Shown: in pieces, positions 21,356 through 23,387 of the stretch | How the letters are laid out: every line of letters starts with the position of its first letter | How positions within the stretch are numbered: position 1 is the stretch's first letter | NCBI RefSeq assembly: GCF_004010195.1 | Contig: NC_057719.1 | Location: forward strand, 81,893,915-81,917,301 | From: Chiloscyllium plagiosum | Taxonomy: Eukaryota | DNA length: 23,387 bases | Direction of reading: 5' to 3' | Translations under genes and position numbers: made by a program | Notes under the pieces: generated by a model | The model's database searches: none | Told to the model about the DNA's origin: nothing | What the model saw: the letters and a program-made list of their open reading frames with translations, nothing else

Positions 21356-21506
21356 TTGGCCAATGTACCCAGCATCCCTTGCCGTTGGCCAAGTTAGCAA
21401 TCTGTGCTTTAGCGGCCAGGAGGCTGCTGCACACTCCTGTGAAATGCCTTGTGATGTTCTTCAGCATCAAAGTTGCCATATAAATGCAATTTTTTGTTGT
21501 TGTTGC
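21356..21506 (+). mobile_element. L2 LINE 3' UTR/tail (continuation of 20501-20765)
   Basis: actcctgtgaaatgccttgtgatgtt...aaagttgccatataaatgcaattttttgttgttgttg is a typical L2 terminus with (TTG)n. Confidence 0.7.
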
Positions 21507-21883
21507 TTTACTTACCCCACTACCATCCTTGTTTACTGCATCCCAGCACTCCTTTGTCACAATCTCTTCCATCTGATCCTGACCCTTTTGTTTGCTCCTC
21601 TCCCTCCCTCCCCAAAAGGAAATCCCAGTTAAATTTGGAAATGAGGAAAATGCTTTGACTCATCGTTGACACTTCAAAATGGAGCTCCAGCACATCCAGG
21701 ACTGTCATTTCCAAGTGTCACTGCTTTGTTTCCTCTAGATTTCCTGACTCCATACTCACTCAAGAATTGCTAAATTTCTACGGGTTGCATTGAAATGTCA
21801 TTGATAGTTTGCCTGTGAGTGTTTCAAAGCATTTTCAGTTCCAATTTCAAAAAACAGTTCTGAATCTATTATATACACACTAG

Positions 21884-21932
21884 ATATGATGTGGCTGTGC
21901 CAGTGTTAGACTGGAATGGACAAAGTTAGAAG
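21884..21932. mobile_element. Short fragment of another shark Penelope-type repeat end
   Basis: tgatgtggctgtgccagtgttagactggaatggacaaagttagaagt resembles a recalled gatgccggtgttggactggggtggacaaagtt terminus. Confidence 0.4.
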
Positions 21933-22124
21933 TGTGTTGTATGATTTTCAACACTGTTAGATAGGAATTCTCAATGGGGGAAGAGTTTGCTGTTGTGACT
22001 AATTGCTCTGTGGGGCTGTGCTGCATTCTGTGTTCAACAGTGACATCTGCAGCTTAATTTGAGGAAAGTTGCTTTAGTAACCACAAAAGCAAAGTTGCAA
22101 AAGTTATTTAAAGAAGGAGAATAT

Positions 22125-22205
22125 AGAAGAACCGAACTTACATTCACATGGTCCATGACCTCAGTAACTTCTGTGCCACTCGAGGGCCGTGTAAATGACC
22201 ATTTT
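22125..22205 (-). mobile_element. Deu-SINE/L2 tail fragment
   Basis: gaacttacattcacatgg..catgacctcag is a degenerate reverse complement of the tail at 7560-7630. Confidence 0.35.
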
Positions 22206-22306
22206 TAACAAGAGAATCTAGCCATCATCTCCTAAACACTCAATGGCATTACCCTCACTGTATTCCCCACAATCTACATCTTGTGGGTTACCATTGACCA
22301 GACTGA
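22206..22306 (+). mobile_element. CR1-group LINE RT C-terminal fragment (different clade from HER1)
   Basis: Translates LNGITLTVFPTIYILWVTIDQ, i.e. the xLGVTID motif region. Confidence 0.55.
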
Positions 22307-22384
22307 TTATGACATGCTCTTCCTTAGATAAAGAGGAGAGAAAACATTTCAATGAATTACAGCTTTGGTCATAAAGGACCAAAC

Positions 22385-22718
22385 CAGGCCAACCAGGTCT
22401 CTGGCACTGAGTCTGGCTCTGTGGCTCAGAAGGGAAATGGGGGGATGGGGGGAGAATAGGAGAGCGATTGTGATAGGAGATCAATGTTTAGAGGAACAGA
22501 CAGGAGGTTCTGTCGTCGTGAACAAGACTCCCGGATGGTATGTTGCCACCCGGCTGCCAGGGTCAGGGATGCCTCAGATCGAGTCTTCAGGATTCTTAAG
22601 GGGAAGGGAGATCAGCCAGAAGTTGAGGTACACACTGGTACCAATGAAATAGTTCAGAAAAGGGATGAAGACCTGAAAAGTGAATATAGGGTGTTAGGTT
22701 GGAAACTAAAAGGCAGCA
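22385..22718 (+). mobile_element. CR1 ORF1 esterase-domain fragment, interrupted at 22718
   Basis: RRAIVIGD / RGTDRRFCRREQDSRMVCCHPAARVRDASDRVFRILKGKGDQPEVEVHTGTNEI...EYRVLGWKLK (ORFs 22365 and 22484). Confidence 0.88.
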
Positions 22719-23387
22719 GAGAGCGGCGGGAGCTGGGTGGAAGTGAAGTCGGAGCGCAAAGCCGGTCGGGAAGGTAAGTGATTGTTATTTGAGTGGGTGT
22801 GTTCTAGACCCCAGGTCCTACAAAGTAGGGCCTCCCTCCTTCCCTCCTCCTCTAACCTAAATTAAAAGTCCATTGACTTGCCCCAAAAAGAGGGTCCAAG
22901 GAAATTCCTGTGGATTGAAGAGTGAGGCTTTAGCTCAGGAGTCTTTGACAAATAGGTTGAGTGAAGTGATTAGGCCACAGTTGAAGAGGGTGAAGACATG
23001 ACTGGCAAGCTGGTTCAGCGTGCTATGTGCTTGATGTGGGAGGTCAACGACTCTGGTGTGTCTGGCTCGTATAAGTGTGGCAAGTGTGTGCATGTTCAGC
23101 TACTGACAGAGCATATTGCAGCACTGATGAAAGAACTCGAGGGCCTTAGGTTCATCCAAGAGAACGAGATCTTTCTGGACAAGACCTTCAGCGAGGTTAT
23201 TACACCGACCATACCAGAAAAGAGCAGAAGAGAGCAGACGATGAGGAAGGCAGAGAGGAGACAGGTGCAAGAGACCCCGGGGGAAGTACCTGTCAGGAAC
23301 AAGTTGAATCTTTTGGAAACAGTAGAGACAGATGACACTGCCAGTCCGCGAGGCGGCCAGGTCTGTCAATCAAAAGTTGGCGTGGAG
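22719..23387 (+). mobile_element. 5' end of another CR1 LINE (5' UTR plus ORF1 start), running off the window
   Basis: CpG-containing 5' UTR starts abruptly within the preceding ORF1 fragment and is followed by a CR1 ORF1 N-terminus. Confidence 0.85.
22998..23387 (+). CDS. CR1 ORF1p N-terminus (zinc-finger/leucine-zipper), open for 130 codons, partial
   Basis: My translation: MTGKLVQRAMCLMWEVNDSGVSGSYKCGKCVHVQLLTEHIAALMKELEGLRFIQENEIFLDKTFSEVITP...VPVRNKLNLLETVE... with no stop before the window end. It is absent from the ORF track, presumably because it has no stop. Confidence 0.8.
   Translation, partial: MTGKLVQRAMCLMWEVNDSGVSGSYKCGKCVHVQLLTEHIAALMKELEGLRFIQENEIFLDKTFSEVITPTIPEKSRREQTMRKAERRQVQETPGEVPVRNKLNLLETVETDDTASPRGGQVCQSKVGVE

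Noticed and set aside
22800..22870. HDV-like ribozyme in the CR1 5' UTR
   Set aside because: I could not build the nested double pseudoknot (P1-P4) on either strand by eye; a covariance-model search would be needed.
1..23387. Prokaryotic systems (CRISPR array, retron, operon)
   Set aside because: There are no regularly spaced repeats or gene-dense organisation; all RT fragments are vertebrate CR1/L2-group LINE remnants.

Overview
This is vertebrate, not microbial, DNA: a repeat-dominated intronic or intergenic stretch of an elasmobranch (shark) genome, inferred from an HE1-type SINE, HER1/CR1-type LINEs and SacSINE1/Deu-domain SINEs. I find no intact host gene. The recognisable ORFs in the track are broken CR1 ORF1/ORF2 fragments or their antisense shadows; the rest look like chance ORFs. 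Main contents: (1) a decayed Penelope-like element with a GIY-YIG remnant and a hammerhead-ribozyme-like motif (465-1240); (2) several CR1 LINE copies of different ages, including a full-length 4.4-kb copy with a 7-bp TSD (14596-18999) nested in an older CR1, and the open ORF1 start of another family at the right edge; (3) Deu-, V(HE1)- and Meta-type SINE relics; (4) an L2 3' end split by an LTR-like insert; (5) two short Penelope-derived elements with hammerhead remnants, one folded back into a palindrome centred on the ribozyme helix II loop; (6) a homeobox/Pbx/Meis-motif-rich unique block (~2020-2450) that may be a conserved enhancer. There are two N gaps. Repeat family names come from my recall of consensus sequences and need Dfam/Repbase confirmation. 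I see no convincing wholly new system. The best leads are the ribozyme-bearing mini-elements, splice-signal motifs in the CR1 5' UTRs, and the candidate enhancer.
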